A DNA stretch of 60,713 nucleotides, filler included, from Diploschistes diacapsis (GCA_023645945.1; 9 parts of 9 records of this genome joined end to end with filler, not necessarily neighbours in it), one strand, 5' to 3'; shown: positions 22,955 through 35,126, counted from the first letter of the whole stretch. Notes: a model not told the origin generated them from the letters alone. A program made the numbers and translations.

Positions 22955-24579
22955 CTACATGCCTCCGAAGAAGTTAAAAGGCATTCCACCTTGCTGCTGG
23001 AAATGGAAGGATCTTTGGCCTCCACCACCGCTTTGAAAGAAGAATTGCTGGCCACCACCGAATGGCGATCCATGGAAAGGATTGCCTTGATGCTCTGGAC
23101 TGTTAGGATCATCGCCGCGATCGAACTGAGCTCTCTTTTCGGAGTCACTAAGGACCTCGTAAGCTTCATTAATAGTGGCCATTTTCTTCTCGGATGCTTC
23201 TTTGGATAGGCCTTGCGCTGCGGCCTTATCGGGATGGTGTTTCTTTACGAGATTACGGTAGGCCCTCTTGATCGTTCGATCGTCAGCGTCGTTGGCGACA
23301 CCAAGGACTTTGTAGTAATCTTTGGTTTTTGATCGCTTTAGTTGGACTTGCGCCTTTTGAAGGAGGGTCTGTATCTGATTTGCGCCCGGATGATGCTCCT
23401 TGGCATGGTTTAGGGTATGGATCGCTGGCTCGTATTCTTCGTTGTCCAGTTGTCGTCGGGCCTTGAATAACAACGCAGGTAAGGAATTGGGATTAAATTC
23501 TAGGTTTTCGGCACAATATGGCCCAGCTCGCCCCTTGTTGCTCATCTATGTGCCATTAGTATTAAATCCTTATCAATTTTCGTAGTTCATACCTCAACAT
23601 AGCATTCGCAAGCCATCTCTATAAGCGACGCATAGAGATCATTGGGCGAGTTTGGATGTATGAAACCCGAAGCTTTTCCCGCCTTAACGTCTTCTTTCAC
23701 TTTTGCTATAAGACCGACATCCTCTCCATCTCCAACCAACAACTTGGCAGCAGCGTTAAATTGCTTTTTCGACTGTAAATCCTTGACCTGTTTCAATGTC
23801 TTGTCAACACTCTTCTCTTGTCGGTGTAACTTTTTGCACGGCTTGGATTCCGGATCCGAGTGCAAACATTTTCTAATAGCTGCTAAGCCCTTCTCGTTAT
23901 CGCCAACGGAGTAGAATAACATTGACGAGATTTGTAAATGCGGTTCCAACAATCCGGGAGAAAGCTGCAGGACATGGTTCAAATCACTAACGCCCTCTTG
24001 AACCTCGCCTTTTTCGAAGCGACATCTTGCTCTTCGTTGTCGCAAAGACAGATTTGTGCCCGCAACAAGGATAGCCATTCCAGCCTGTGTTACACACGCT
24101 TCCCAATCTTTCATTTGCTCTGCCGCTGATGCTTTCTTTGCCGCCTCCTCTGCCTCCAATAGCTCTTGGTATTCCGACAGCTCTTTCTTGCCTGCCCTTT
24201 TGTAATCATTCTTTGCAGCTTCCCAATCAGCATTTCGACCCTTCAACTTCGCTCTCTGTAGGAGGGCTCCTTCAAAGTCCGGTTTGATCTCTAGAGCTTT
24301 GTCAAAATCGGTGCTAGCAAGGGAGTCTTTACCCATAGAAAGGTAAGTAGCGCCACGCTGGAAGAATGTGAGATAGTTTTGAGGGTCTCTCGAGACTGCA
24401 GCATCATAGTACACTAGGGCATCATTGGAGTTTCCGCGTGCAAGGCTTGACTTGGCGGAGGCGAGAAGGGATGATATTGGAGCGTCGGCTGGAACATCTC
24501 CGGGAGCTATACAATGGCATAACGGTGCGCTGAGGAGAAGAAGGGCACGCGCGGCTAAAGACAGCGTGTTGAGAGTCAT
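22955..24579 (-). CDS. ER-lumenal TPR + J-domain co-chaperone (DNAJC3/P58IPK/Jem1-like)
   Basis: Signal peptide [26 protein letters not shown] repeats, intron 23546-23592, J domain KDYYKVLGV...HHPDK...[12 protein letters not shown]-rich tail. Confidence 0.92.
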
Positions 24580-25087
24580 GATTGCTCTCCGAGCCTCGGA
24601 AGCGCAAGAGTGCGAGAAAGGAAGACGGCGTAGTGTGCAGACAATCGAAATGTAGCTGAAGGAACGAAATGGACAAGTTGTCTTTAAGTCCGAATCTTTG
24701 AATGCCAAGCAAAGGGAACCGAGAGCGAAACCTAAGGGGTCCTCAGCCCTACAGAATCAACCACTGCCGACTCGGAACATTGGATTTTGACTAGAACACT
24801 TACATATCACAGGTATCTCAAAACGAAGCCTCACTGCCAGCCTGGCTTGGACCTAATCGGTTGCCTTTTACCATCACGGCCGTATCTCTAATTTTTTATG
24901 TTAGTAATGAGTCCCATCTTTACCGGAGTGTTCTGCAACTGATCCCCCTATAACTTGCAACCGAAGACCGCCGTCGAACCCTTAAGACTCGACAATTACA
25001 TAGCGCAATACCCGACATCTGAGGAAAACTCGCGTCTTCCCCTTGAGCATTTGTTCAGTGGGTGGGACCAGCTTTTTTAATGATGTT

Positions 25088-26409
25088 CTATTCGAGACCG
25101 AACTCGGCAAAAGCGCTCTCGACATTTGTTTGTCGCGACTCTTTCACTACTCTTCTTTTCTTTGGCCGCTGATCCAGAGCATGGTTACGAGATCTTTTCT
25201 TTTCCGCATTTAAAAGATGCTGAGCCTTTACATTTGTTGTGAGCTCCGAACTTTCAGAGTCCTTTAGCCTTGTAGCCGTCCTTCTGTGAAAGCAATACAA
25301 GGAGTTCTTTCCAGACATACCAGCCTCTACGATCGTGGCGTGCTCGGGTTCTCCACCCAAGCTCAACTCCAGGGTGAGTGGAGGATCTGTTCCTTCATCC
25401 GGTGAGGCTGTTGAAATTTCAGAGGGTGCACCGGTCCCAAAGGTATACAACACTTTCAAAACACAGTCCCAGGAATCCGACGTGCATCCCATCTTCTTAA
25501 GAGATTTGCTGAGAGCTCGGCCAGTATTGTATTTCCATCCGTAAATGTCTGCGACATGTGTACTGTGCGGGCCGAGACTACAATCCTCCAGAACGAGTGC
25601 TGTGAGCGCTGGTAAATTGCTGATATACTCGAATGCGAGCGCACCCAGTTGCCTTTGTCTTCGACAAGCGAGAACTCTGAGCATACTGAAAGCATTGAGA
25701 TCCTTGGCAGCGCGTGCCCACGAACGAAGGATGGAATCGTCCATACCAAGATTTGGTACATGGACACCGTGACCTATGGTCAGTGCTCCGATGTTTGTGA
25801 GTTGAGAGATGCTGATCATATCGGAGCGTAATAAAGTAACGTCCATCAGATTCAGAAATGTTATCCATTGACCGGATGGGCTAGTAATGGGTTTGAGGTA
25901 GCCTTCCAAAGACATAGTAACCCTGTGAATCACCTGTTTCCTTGTCTTGAGCATCTGTGCGTCCAGTTCGTGGGCATAAGCTATTGCGAAGACCTTCCAC
26001 GTATGTAAGCTGTCAAGATCGCTTCCTTATGTAAGCACACTTCGATTCGGTGCTGATTTAAAAGCTGCATTTACTTCAATTTGAGAGTTCTCCAAATTTC
26101 CTGTGCTATAGTCCAAGGGACACCTTGGAAAACCTCCGGGCTCAAGCAAGAAGCGTTTATGCAAACAGACCTGATCGCCATTATCCTGAGGCTCGCTGGT
26201 CCTCTACTAGCTTTGAGGTGACCGTAGAGAGCATCTATTGTACCCGGAGCCCACCACACCCAGTCAGCCCTCATTGGGCCTCCTACATGAACAGTTTCAA
26301 TAAATCCCAAGCCACTGTCTGGATCGAAAGACGATGCATGTGTCGTCCCGCTAGCAAATACAGGACCGCGAGCCTTCGTGTTGATTCTGAATGATCGAGG
26401 CATTGGCAT
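25088..26409 (-). CDS. Conserved fungal hypothetical protein with LRR/RNI-like repeats (2 exons)
   Basis: ORFs 26071-26448 and 25088-25954 join through a GT-AG intron (about 26023-26075) into ...IWRTLKLNDLDSLHTWKVFAIAY... LRR-like segments ISQLTNIGALTI, FSMLRVLAC, ISNLPALTALVL; basic NLS-like tail RPKKRR. Confidence 0.7.
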
Positions 26410-26964
26410 TGCACGCCTGTCTGTCTGACGACGATTGTAGAATATCAAGTTGAAATCTGATCGCTTTCACGTATGTATGCGATTGACTCGCGCTCAAAGA
26501 TGCGTACCAATCGCGTCCCCAGCGCTTACCTAATTAGCTTCGATCAACCTTCAGCGATGCTCTAACTACTTTTTATTATCATTGTCAACTCTACAGGCCA
26601 CAATAACATACATTGCTCAATGTTGCAAAGAATGTAGACACAAAGAAGCGAGGCTGAGTCGACTCGACTAGGAAGGAATACAAGAGCAACCTATTAAGAC
26701 ACAAGCAGTCTTTTGGAAGCACCCTGGTAGGTAAGGTGGGTTCGTCAAGCTTCAGTATTTGTCCGTCGTCTGGCTTGTGGGTGAACACGATCATACCCGA
26801 GATTCCCACATATGCAACGCCCTTCACACAAGCAGAGTTTGATCAAACCTCGACCCAGTTTATATTCTTTCACGCAGCTACACATACACTCAGCAGCAAC
26901 TTTCTCACATCCCACCACCAGAACCCCTATCATAAGACCTGGCTTACGATCCGATCCGAACACT

Positions 26965-27813
26965 ATGCCTACTTCTTCCGTCGCAACTGAAAGTGATCTG
27001 GTGTCCGGTCTTCAGAAAGTCGTGACCTTGTGAGTATTAATCATAAGATTCATTCCGCTCTAACAACCGGAAGTGATAGATTGGACGCCCACAAATACAC
27101 GGATTTGGTCATTGACTGTGGAGGTCAGCGATTCCATGTCCATCGTGTGATACTATGCAACCTCTCCGAGTTTTTCGCAAAGGCTGTTGAAGGGAAGTGG
27201 AAGGTGGGTGCACCAGCCTCGCTAAGAGCCCATAAATCCTAACCACAGAATATAGGAGAACTGTGGGGAAGTTGTACTATCTGGTGACAATCCCACTGCA
27301 TTCCAGCTGTTTCTGGATGCCATTTACAGCAATTTACCTCCAATTAAGGAACCAGAAGGAGGGACGCGGCTAGTCACTCACGCGGAGGCTTATGCTTTGG
27401 GAGATAAATACATGGCTCCGACGGTGAAAACAGCCATCGCTAAACGCTTCGTGGAGTGTCTAGAGTTTGACTGGAACTCTGATGACTTTATGTACGCAAC
27501 TCTGGTCGTTTTCGAGACGTCCCCCGCCAACGACCGTACTCTCCGTGACCCTTGTCTTTGCACCATACAGAAAAATAAGAGCAAGCTCTGCAAGCGATCA
27601 AGCTTACATGACCTCCTGACGAATAGTCACGAGTTCGCAGAAGAGTTCGCTAAGCTTCTTGTTGGAACCGATGATGTCGTCGCAGAGGGGCGTCATTTTT
27701 TTTGCATACACTGCCAAACGCTCATTCGGTCTGAGGACTTCCTCAATTCCTGTCCGCAATGCAGAATAGGACGTGGGGGATTGAAAACGGTGCTTCAGCG
27801 AATGAACGCCTAG
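26965..27813 (+). CDS. BTB/POZ protein with C-terminal CxxC-x12-CPxC knuckle (copy 1)
   Basis: Introns 27030-27079 and about 27204-27255 give [62 protein letters not shown]...AYALGDKY, a fungal BTB consensus. Knuckle CIHC-x12-CPQC at 27703-27762. Confidence 0.88.
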
Positions 27814-28644
27814 ACTACCATACGGTGTGTGGCCGGGTGCCAACAAGACAAGGATTTTTGTGACAATAGCTCCATACCTGGGCCTTACCTGGCAAACAGC
27901 GTACAGTTAGGGGCTTTACACCAGCATGCGGGAGACCAGAGTTTATGTAGCATAGTGCAATTGACTTGACAGATGTTAGCTGCTATTTCATTATCCCGCT
28001 GATGATAAGTTCCCTTGGAAGCTAGGTATCTAATCTGACGTTGACACAGATCATGGGACAGATAGTTAGTAGTCGATGCGAAGCGCCTGCCTAAACCAAT
28101 CAATTTTGACGAGTCCACCTACATTTGTGATGTGCAAACTTGCCAGGAGAATTGCCCAGACGCTCGGCCACTGTCGTTTCGTTTCACGTATTTTGATTCT
28201 CTGAATGCCCCTACTGCTTGATACCTCTGTTCTGGACACAGCGACACTACTCGAACGTCAATTCATCTTACTCAGAACTATTCCACGTGGCTAATTCTCA
28301 GGTGCAACAAGGGACATACTAATTCATAGGGAGCTCAGAGAGGCGTTGCAGTTGGCTTAGCCGCGGAATCCTCAGGTTCTGGTATTACTGCAATACAGTC
28401 TTGGGCCACCTCGAGCATTGCACTCAAAAAAGCCGTTTAATGAAAAAAGTATCGTTGATTCGTAGCTTTGCGTTACCTGAATACTAATCTCCTTCGATAG
28501 TTGCCCAATACACGTTGAACCCGCTCTCTCAGCTCACCTGCTAGAATTTTGAGCGATTAGACTTCCAGGAACAACAGTGTTTAAGCGTGGAATTGACGAT
28601 CCACTGTTTATCAACCCAGTGACCGTTATTTCGGAGAGTTTCAC

Positions 28645-28863
28645 TAACGTGTTTCACCACGAAACGGAACACCCCACGAAGCGGAACACAATCCCTGCAC
28701 CTTTGTAAAGTGTATTTCTTAAAGGCCGAAGAACGGGGTAGTGAGTGTGGTTGAGAACAGATTTAGCTTCGTGCAAATATGGAAGTGCTCGATCTAGCGC
28801 AATTACATTATAATGTAGTGTTCCGCTTTGTGGTGTGTTCCGTTGTGTGGTGAAACCACGTTA
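28645..28863. mobile_element. Non-autonomous Fot1/pogo-type (Tc1-mariner) MITE, about 215 bp
   Basis: TA|ACGTGTTTCACCACGAAACGGAACACCCCACGAAGCGGAACAC at the left end and its inverted counterpart ending ...GTGGTGAAACCACGT|TA at the right. TA target duplication and an internal direct repeat in each TIR. Confidence 0.85.
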
Positions 28864-28947
28864 AGTATCGAAGAAGCTTCGTCTTAGTCATAAGGTCACG
28901 AATTTCAAAAATCAGCTATGTACTCAGCCCTCATCTTGCGGAAGAAT

Positions 28948-29855
28948 ATGGCTTCCAATGGGATCGTAGGCGGCCCTCAGGCGCAGAGCTTGACCGAATT
29001 CCAGGATCTAGTTGTTAAGTAAGTGTCAAAATTGTCATATTGCAGTAGTACTAAGCCCAGAACAAGGCACTCCGCAGTAAGCAGTACACGGACTGGGCGA
29101 TTGTTGCAGGTGAAAAGAGGTACCATGTGCACAGCGTAGTGCCATGCGCTCAATCGGAGTATTTCAGATCGGCAATGAAGGGCGGCGACTGGAAGGTGAG
29201 ACATGCTTGTAACTCTGACAAGAAGGCCTTTCTAAGCTCTCGTTAGGAGGGAAAGACTCACGAGATCTCCGTTGATGATGATCCCTGCTTGTTGGGTAGC
29301 TTGATTGGCCTCCTGCATGGAAACATATTGGCGCCTGAATGCACCGTTGATGACATTATTGAGCTTCACGCTCTCGCTTCGAAGCGCTTGTGCCCAGGCG
29401 CAAAGCTGAAATGTGAGATGTGGTTCCGCGAACACTTTGGATCTCGGTGGTACTCAGACGAATTCCTCACCGCAGTGAAAAGAGTCTACGAAGGGACCGA
29501 GGCTGGCGACCCAGCTTTGAAAACATTGTACTCGAGTATTATCAAAGCTCATCATTTGAACCTGATGAAGAAGGACGAGTTTCGCGAACTGACCATCCGT
29601 AACTACAAGCCCTGTGGGGATGTTCTTAACATTGTGAGTGTGAAAAGAGGCGAATTCCAAGTTTGTTGTTTATCATGCGGAGTGGTGTCTATAGGCAACA
29701 CATATCCTAATAGATGTCCGGTTTGCCGCACGGGCTTGGTTAGGGGAGTCAACCGTTTCATCAGAGTAAGTACAACATCCCGATATATATTTCTGCTTTG
29801 ACAGGGGCTAAGGGCCTTTAGGTCAAGTAGAACCTTGGAAGAGAGTACGGCATAA
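28948..29855 (+). CDS. BTB/POZ protein with C-terminal CxxC-x12-CPxC knuckle (copy 2)
   Basis: Spliced product ...DLVVNKQYTDWAIVAGEKRYHVHSVVPCAQSEYFRSAMKGGDWK-EGKTHEISVDDDPCLL... Knuckle CLSC-x12-CPVC at 29667-29726. A probable last intron (GTAAGT at 29766 to CAG at 29804) ends the CDS at 29855; if unspliced the stop is at 29801. Confidence 0.82.
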
Positions 29856-30353
29856 GATAAGGAGGCTTCAACTAGTCACGAGAACCATGGAAACAATATA
29901 ATAAGAACACAAACCAGCTACTAGGTAAATATACCCTATCCTCGAGATCCGTGAGTTTGTCTGGAACCTTAAAGCCAATTTATGTGCTTCACGCACCTCA
30001 CTCATCCTAGAGCAAACACAACAAAAACTATCAGCAAGTCCTTTCGATAAATTTCAATATCCTTTCTACTAATACTGGTTTGCCTATCGCAGTCAGCCCA
30101 TTTGTCATTCATTGCCTTGTCTCTATCACAATAGCGTAGTTGACCTCGACCCTCTGGATCGTCTGCATTTCTCAGGCATTGACTACACTATTCGCGAATG
30201 TGACCAACATCTCTTAAAACTCATATTTGAGAGTTATTCGCTTAATGGTTATGAGCTATCCTGGAAAGTCGTGGAAGGTGTAAGACTGACACGTTGCTAA
30301 CGGAGCAGCCATTTACTATATAAAGTCGGTTGCTCTCCTTCTCTTCACATTAT

Positions 30354-30390
30354 CTTCCTTCCTTCCTTCCTTTCTTTCTTTCTTTCTTTC
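30354..30390 (+). repeat. (CTTC)n(TTTC)n microsatellite
   Basis: Read directly; follows a TATATAAA at about 30317 and may lie in a 5' leader. Confidence 0.8.
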
Positions 30391-31079
30391 TACCTACGTT
30401 ATCCACATCAATCTTTCTAATAACAGGTCGTTCCTCGAATACTTGGTGGCTATTGAAAGCCTCCGGCTAGTAGTGTCTTACAGCTTACAAGGTCGTGATA
30501 AAGTTACATCTTATCTTCACCAACGACCCATGAGGGGAAGACATGCCTATTCCCTCGTAGTCGACTGAAAGACACTGAACCCATAGGTGCATCTATTTGT
30601 TGTTGCTTCGGCAGTACAAGGCTCTTTTGATGATTCACTTACTTCATTCACAGGCCCTTTCGACTACTAATCTTTAAAAAGGATTGTTCGTAGTTATGAA
30701 GTACTTCTAGTTCTATTACGATGGAACGGGAATGGGCTAGTACGGAAGGGCGCGACCCCAAGGGTTAGACCGGATAGACCTGAACGGGACCCGCTCAGCG
30801 GTCATATATCGGACTTCTGCCCGTGTGGTAGACCTCAGCCGGACGAGATCTATGGTCTTGCGTCGAAAATGGCTAAACCAGGCAAACCTACACAGGACAA
30901 GAAATGCGGTCATTAGCTGCACCGGGAGCGTACACCTCGTAAGTACCCTAGCATCTACGAGAAATAGACCGGGACGGCCCGATTCCGACTCCTAAACGAC
31001 CAGAGGTAGAAGGATTGGTCATGGAGTAGGTGCTTTTACCAACATGTAGGACCACGGTTGATCTGCCCCAGCGGCATCA

Positions 31080-31860
31080 AATCGAACGCCTACACCGACC
31101 TGGGAATTTTAGAGCAGGATCTGTGGTGTCTCCTGTACACAGCTTGGTAATTCTTCCACAGTCTGAGTACTTCAAAAAAGGTTATGGGGGCCGATTTCGA
31201 GGTACATGCGTTCGTGACCCTGCTATGAATGAGAAATACTGATCAGCAAGCAGGAGAGCAAGGCTTGCGGGTTCCATTTCGATGTCTCACCAGAACTACT
31301 ACAAACCTTCATTAATCTGTTGTACGGGAAGGAGCTAACGTGGAAACGGATCTTCAAACCGCCATTGATTTATATGAATTCGCCTTGAAAGTACACTTGT
31401 TCTAAAGTGAAGGGAAAAGCCAAGAAGAGGCTGCTCTCAGAGGCGTTGGGTTTTCGGGTTAGAGAAGACTACCTTACAATCCTGGAGAATGTCATCGGAG
31501 AAAACAGTTCTCCGAACCCATGAAAGGTTTGTGCAAGGAGGCTATGAGGGAAAGACTTCGAAAATGGCCAAGGGACGCATGCATCCGCACAGCACTAGTG
31601 ACTCATCCGGGACTGTGCAAAGGGCTTGTGGGTGACGTGGCAAGAGTATCATTTTCTGCATCAGATGCGCATATCTGTTCACAGCCATTGTCGCCGAGTA
31701 CTGCCCGGTTTGTACAGGTGACAACTTCAAGGGAATCAAGTTGTTTGTTCGGGCAGCACAGACTGCCGAGGACCGGCCAAGGACAATCGAGGATTGGGTT
31801 GAAAACACCCAGCATAAATTAGAGATGGGTGAAAATAGGACGAAAACGCCTGAGGGTTGA
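31080..31860 (+). pseudogene. BTB/POZ-knuckle pseudogene (copy 3)
   Basis: Fragments in shifting frames: AYTDL / FRAGSVVSPVHSLVILPQSEYFKK..GRF / intron / ESK..FHFDVSPELLQTFINLLYG / AIDLYEFAL / KYTCSKVKGKAKKRL / IIFCIRCAYLFTAIVAEYCPVCTG (CxxC-x11-CPxC at 31657-31713). Several frameshifts. Confidence 0.78.
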
Positions 31861-32545
31861 CTGGAGGTGTCTGAATCTCAATCGGAGATGTCTGGTGACG
31901 AATAGACATGACTGCGTGAAGGAAGCGGCTGCTTGGTGTGAATTTGCATGAAGAACGCCTGCTCGGATGCGTTTTAAGCTTTGAATTTTTGCTTTTGAAT
32001 GTATGCAGAACGCAGTTTGTACTGACATGTCGATGATAGAGTCCCCATTCACCAAACCCTGATCTCTGCTGATCACGTGCCCGATCGCTCTGAAAAATGA
32101 CCACACCGGGTGGCGATAAGAAAGCACAATCTGTGAGGGTGTAGAGAAGGCCCCAGGTGTAAGGTTAGAGTATCGAGAGCGTGTCGATACAATCCTACTT
32201 GCCGACTGATTCCGACTTCTATCAAAATCCGAGTATGGGACGCTGAAGCAGTTGGAACATGTGGGCGCGAAGTGGGACGAATGCTGATTATTCAGAGAGA
32301 CTTGGACTTTGGATCTGGTTGAGTCAACATAGGCTAATCGAATGTGCAGGCTCTATCAACAGAGGTGGATATGGCATCTATTCCCGAACATGAAAGTATA
32401 AAAGCATGGATGGCCTATCGATGTTACTCCCATGCATCGAGCAAGATATGCACCTGCCCTATTTTCAAAGTCGTTGATATCTTCTCAAACTTCTGCTCCT
32501 CTGCGAATATACCATAGCAAACTCGTTGATTCAATAGGTTGCAGA

Positions 32546-33509
32546 ATGAGGGTTATTGTAGCTACCATGTCCAGCGCCTCCGAAAGGCCAACTCGCAAAT
32601 TCGAACAAAACTACCCCCAACCAACTCCTCAAGACGGCGATATTCTTGTCAAGCTCGCCTGTTCTCCCATTCAGCCATCCGACTTCCTCAATACACGGGG
32701 TGGCTTCCCCAGCACAACCTTTCCCCGCATTTCAGGCCGTGATTTCGCTGGCACCGTCGTCTCAGAGAGTCCCCTCCAGGGCAAGCGGGTCCATGGCACG
32801 TCTGGTCGCAGTCTGAGCTTTACTGTCGACGGCGCGCATGCGGAGTATGTGGTCGTACTCGCGGATGCCGTCGTCGAGATACCTTCTGCTTTAACGATGA
32901 AGCAGGCAAGCGTCCTCGGCACTCCATGGAGTACTGCCTGGCTAGCCCTTACAAGCGCTCGGGCGAAGAAGGGGCGAGACGGTACTGATTACGGGTGCGA
33001 GTGGTGCAGTTGGCGATGTCTGGACTTATTGCGGTAAAAGTGATTACGACAGGGAGGGGAGGAAAGTACGATGTCGATGCTACCGTTCACCCGAACTTCG
33101 AGCCTCTCAAAGACCTGAATGGCGGGAACGGCGTTGACGTCGCAATTGACACGACGGGCGATCCCGGGCCGATCAAGGTGATGATCAAGCAGCTCGCTGT
33201 TGGGGGAAGAGTGGTCGTCATCACGACAGGATCTGCCTCCGGTAGCACAGAGACTGCTATCGAAGCGGACTTTGAAATTTTGTACAGGAAGCAACAGAGT
33301 ATCATTGGTTGTAATTCCGTGGATATGAACCGAGCGTGATGGCCGATTCCCTGCAGAAGATCGCGGGAGCGTTTTGCAAATGGTGATCTCAAGGCACCAA
33401 ATGTTGATAGGTTGATGGATGTAGGTATCGATGGAGCGGTTAGTGCATGCGGTGGGATGGTAAGGGGACAAACAAGAAGTTTATAATGAAAATTGGTAAT
33501 GAATCATAA
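32546..33509 (+). pseudogene. Medium-chain dehydrogenase/reductase (quinone oxidoreductase-like), frameshifted and intronless
   Basis: PTPQDGDILVK...PRISGRDFAGTVV...DGAHAEYVVV...GTPWSTAWLAL, then a +1 shift at GGGG (32971-32974) into ETVLITGASGAVG. Further shifts precede VQLAM...GNGVDVAIDTTG and follow IIGCNS. Confidence 0.85.
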
Positions 33510-33779
33510 GAAGCAGAGTTGGCTGTCTTTTGTGAGGTGCTTGTTTGGAAGAACGAGTTCTGGTGACTGCTCAGGGTCGCTGCAATGAAAGTATGACTTT
33601 ACAAAACAAACAGTACATGGAATGGCCTATACAAGAACAAGACAAAAAGGTTCAAGGACTTATCTATCTTCGTAGGCAAATTCGAGTCCTTCAACCGCTA
33701 ATCGTCACACCCAAGCCTCCCATTGCCTCGTTTAACACAAAACCCTAAATTCGATCTTGCGAGTCCAGTCTTATCCATT

Positions 33780-35126
33780 ATGGACAATGTAGACGTTGTC
33801 AAGTCTCTATCGACCCGCTTCCTATCAGCACAACCAAGCTGCATCGACTTCTCAAAACCCATCCCCAATGTCTTCGTCATCGGCACCTACCAGCTCGACG
33901 AGCCGTCCGCCGCCACCCCTGACCGAAGCGATGCCGCGGAAGAAGCTCCCTCACCGCAGCAGTCACGCAGCGGAAGCCTACAGCTCTTTCGCCTAGAGAG
34001 CGACAATACCACGTACGTAGAATAACGAGGGCCCTACTTGCTCCCCTCTTCGTGCATCCCACCCATCATCCTCGCCCAATATCCATCTCTATCTCACTGC
34101 CCAAGACTTATACCCCGTTCCAGTACCACCTTCCTCCAGCACCTCCTCACCCCCTCCGCCATCCTCGACCTCCGCTTCTCTCCCTCGCGCCCAGACATCC
34201 TCGCAGCCGGCACCAGCACAGGCAGCATCTCGCTCTACCGCCTCTCGTCCCCAACATCAACCCCACCCTCCCAGAACCCAAACTCCCCAACTCCACCTTC
34301 CTCTCCAGAACACTCCTCAGTCCCGACCCTCATCCTAAGCAAAACCCTGCAAGCCTTCGATGCGCGCACCCTCGTCCTATCCCTAGCCTGGAATCCCTCC
34401 CAGCACCCTCCCCGCCGCTCCGAAGCAGCCGCCAGCCTCTCGGACGGCACCATCGCGACGCTGGACCTCGGGCCCGAGGCCAGCGTCAAGGCGCGTGTTC
34501 CTGCGCACGGGCTCGAGGTGTGGAGCGTGGCGTGGTCGGGAGGGAAAGGGCGGAACATTTTTCCCTCCTCCTCCTCTTCTTCTCGCCCACCATCATCTAC
34601 GTTCCAGTCCGGTACGAAGGAGCCGGGTGCCGGAAGCCAGGGCAGGCAGGGAGCCGGGCCGGAGCCCAAGGCAGGTGGAAGGGCGGACGCGGGCCGAGTT
34701 CTGTTTTCGGGCGGGGACGACGGGATGGTCCGGGCTCTGGACGCGGGGGACGGGGCATGCGCGCCTTCCGGTCCTTCGACCTGCTCCGCGCACGATGGCG
34801 GTGGCGACGGCGGCGACGGGAACGCGCCGGACCCGGCAGACGCGGCGCTGCGGCGCTCCGCAACGCCGTTCATGGCAGGGCGCGTGCAGCTCGCCCAGCC
34901 GACGGCGCTGTCGAGGTGGGATCGCCGCACACATGGCGCCGGCGTGACGGCCGTGGTGCCGCTGCCTTTGCTCGTGCACGACGAGGCGCGCAGAGACGGG
35001 CGCCATGTGCTGTTGACGGGCAGCTATGATGAGCATGTGCGGCTGCTTGTGCCTACTTTGCGCCTGCGGTGGAAGGTGCTGGCGGAGAGGGCGATGGGGG
35101 GAGGGGTTTGGAGGCTGGACTTGCTC
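33780..35126 (+). CDS. DPH7: Diphthine methyl ester hydrolase, WD40 (3'-truncated by contig end)
   Basis: PSCIDF...FVIGTYQL...RSGSLQL; intron about 34012-34122; AILDLRFSP, HGLEVWSVAW, LFSGGDDG, HGAGVTAV, LLTGSYDEHVRL, GGGVWRL. These match the Dph7/Rrt2/WDR85 motifs. Confidence 0.9.

Noticed and set aside
32960..33020. Programmed ribosomal frameshifting in the MDR gene
   Set aside because: There are several separate frame breaks, a missing conserved segment and no canonical slippery heptamer, so pseudogenisation is the simpler explanation.
34052..35036. Several long ORFs overlapping DPH7 on both strands
   Set aside because: Very high GC content suppresses stop codons; only the DPH7 frame has family motifs.
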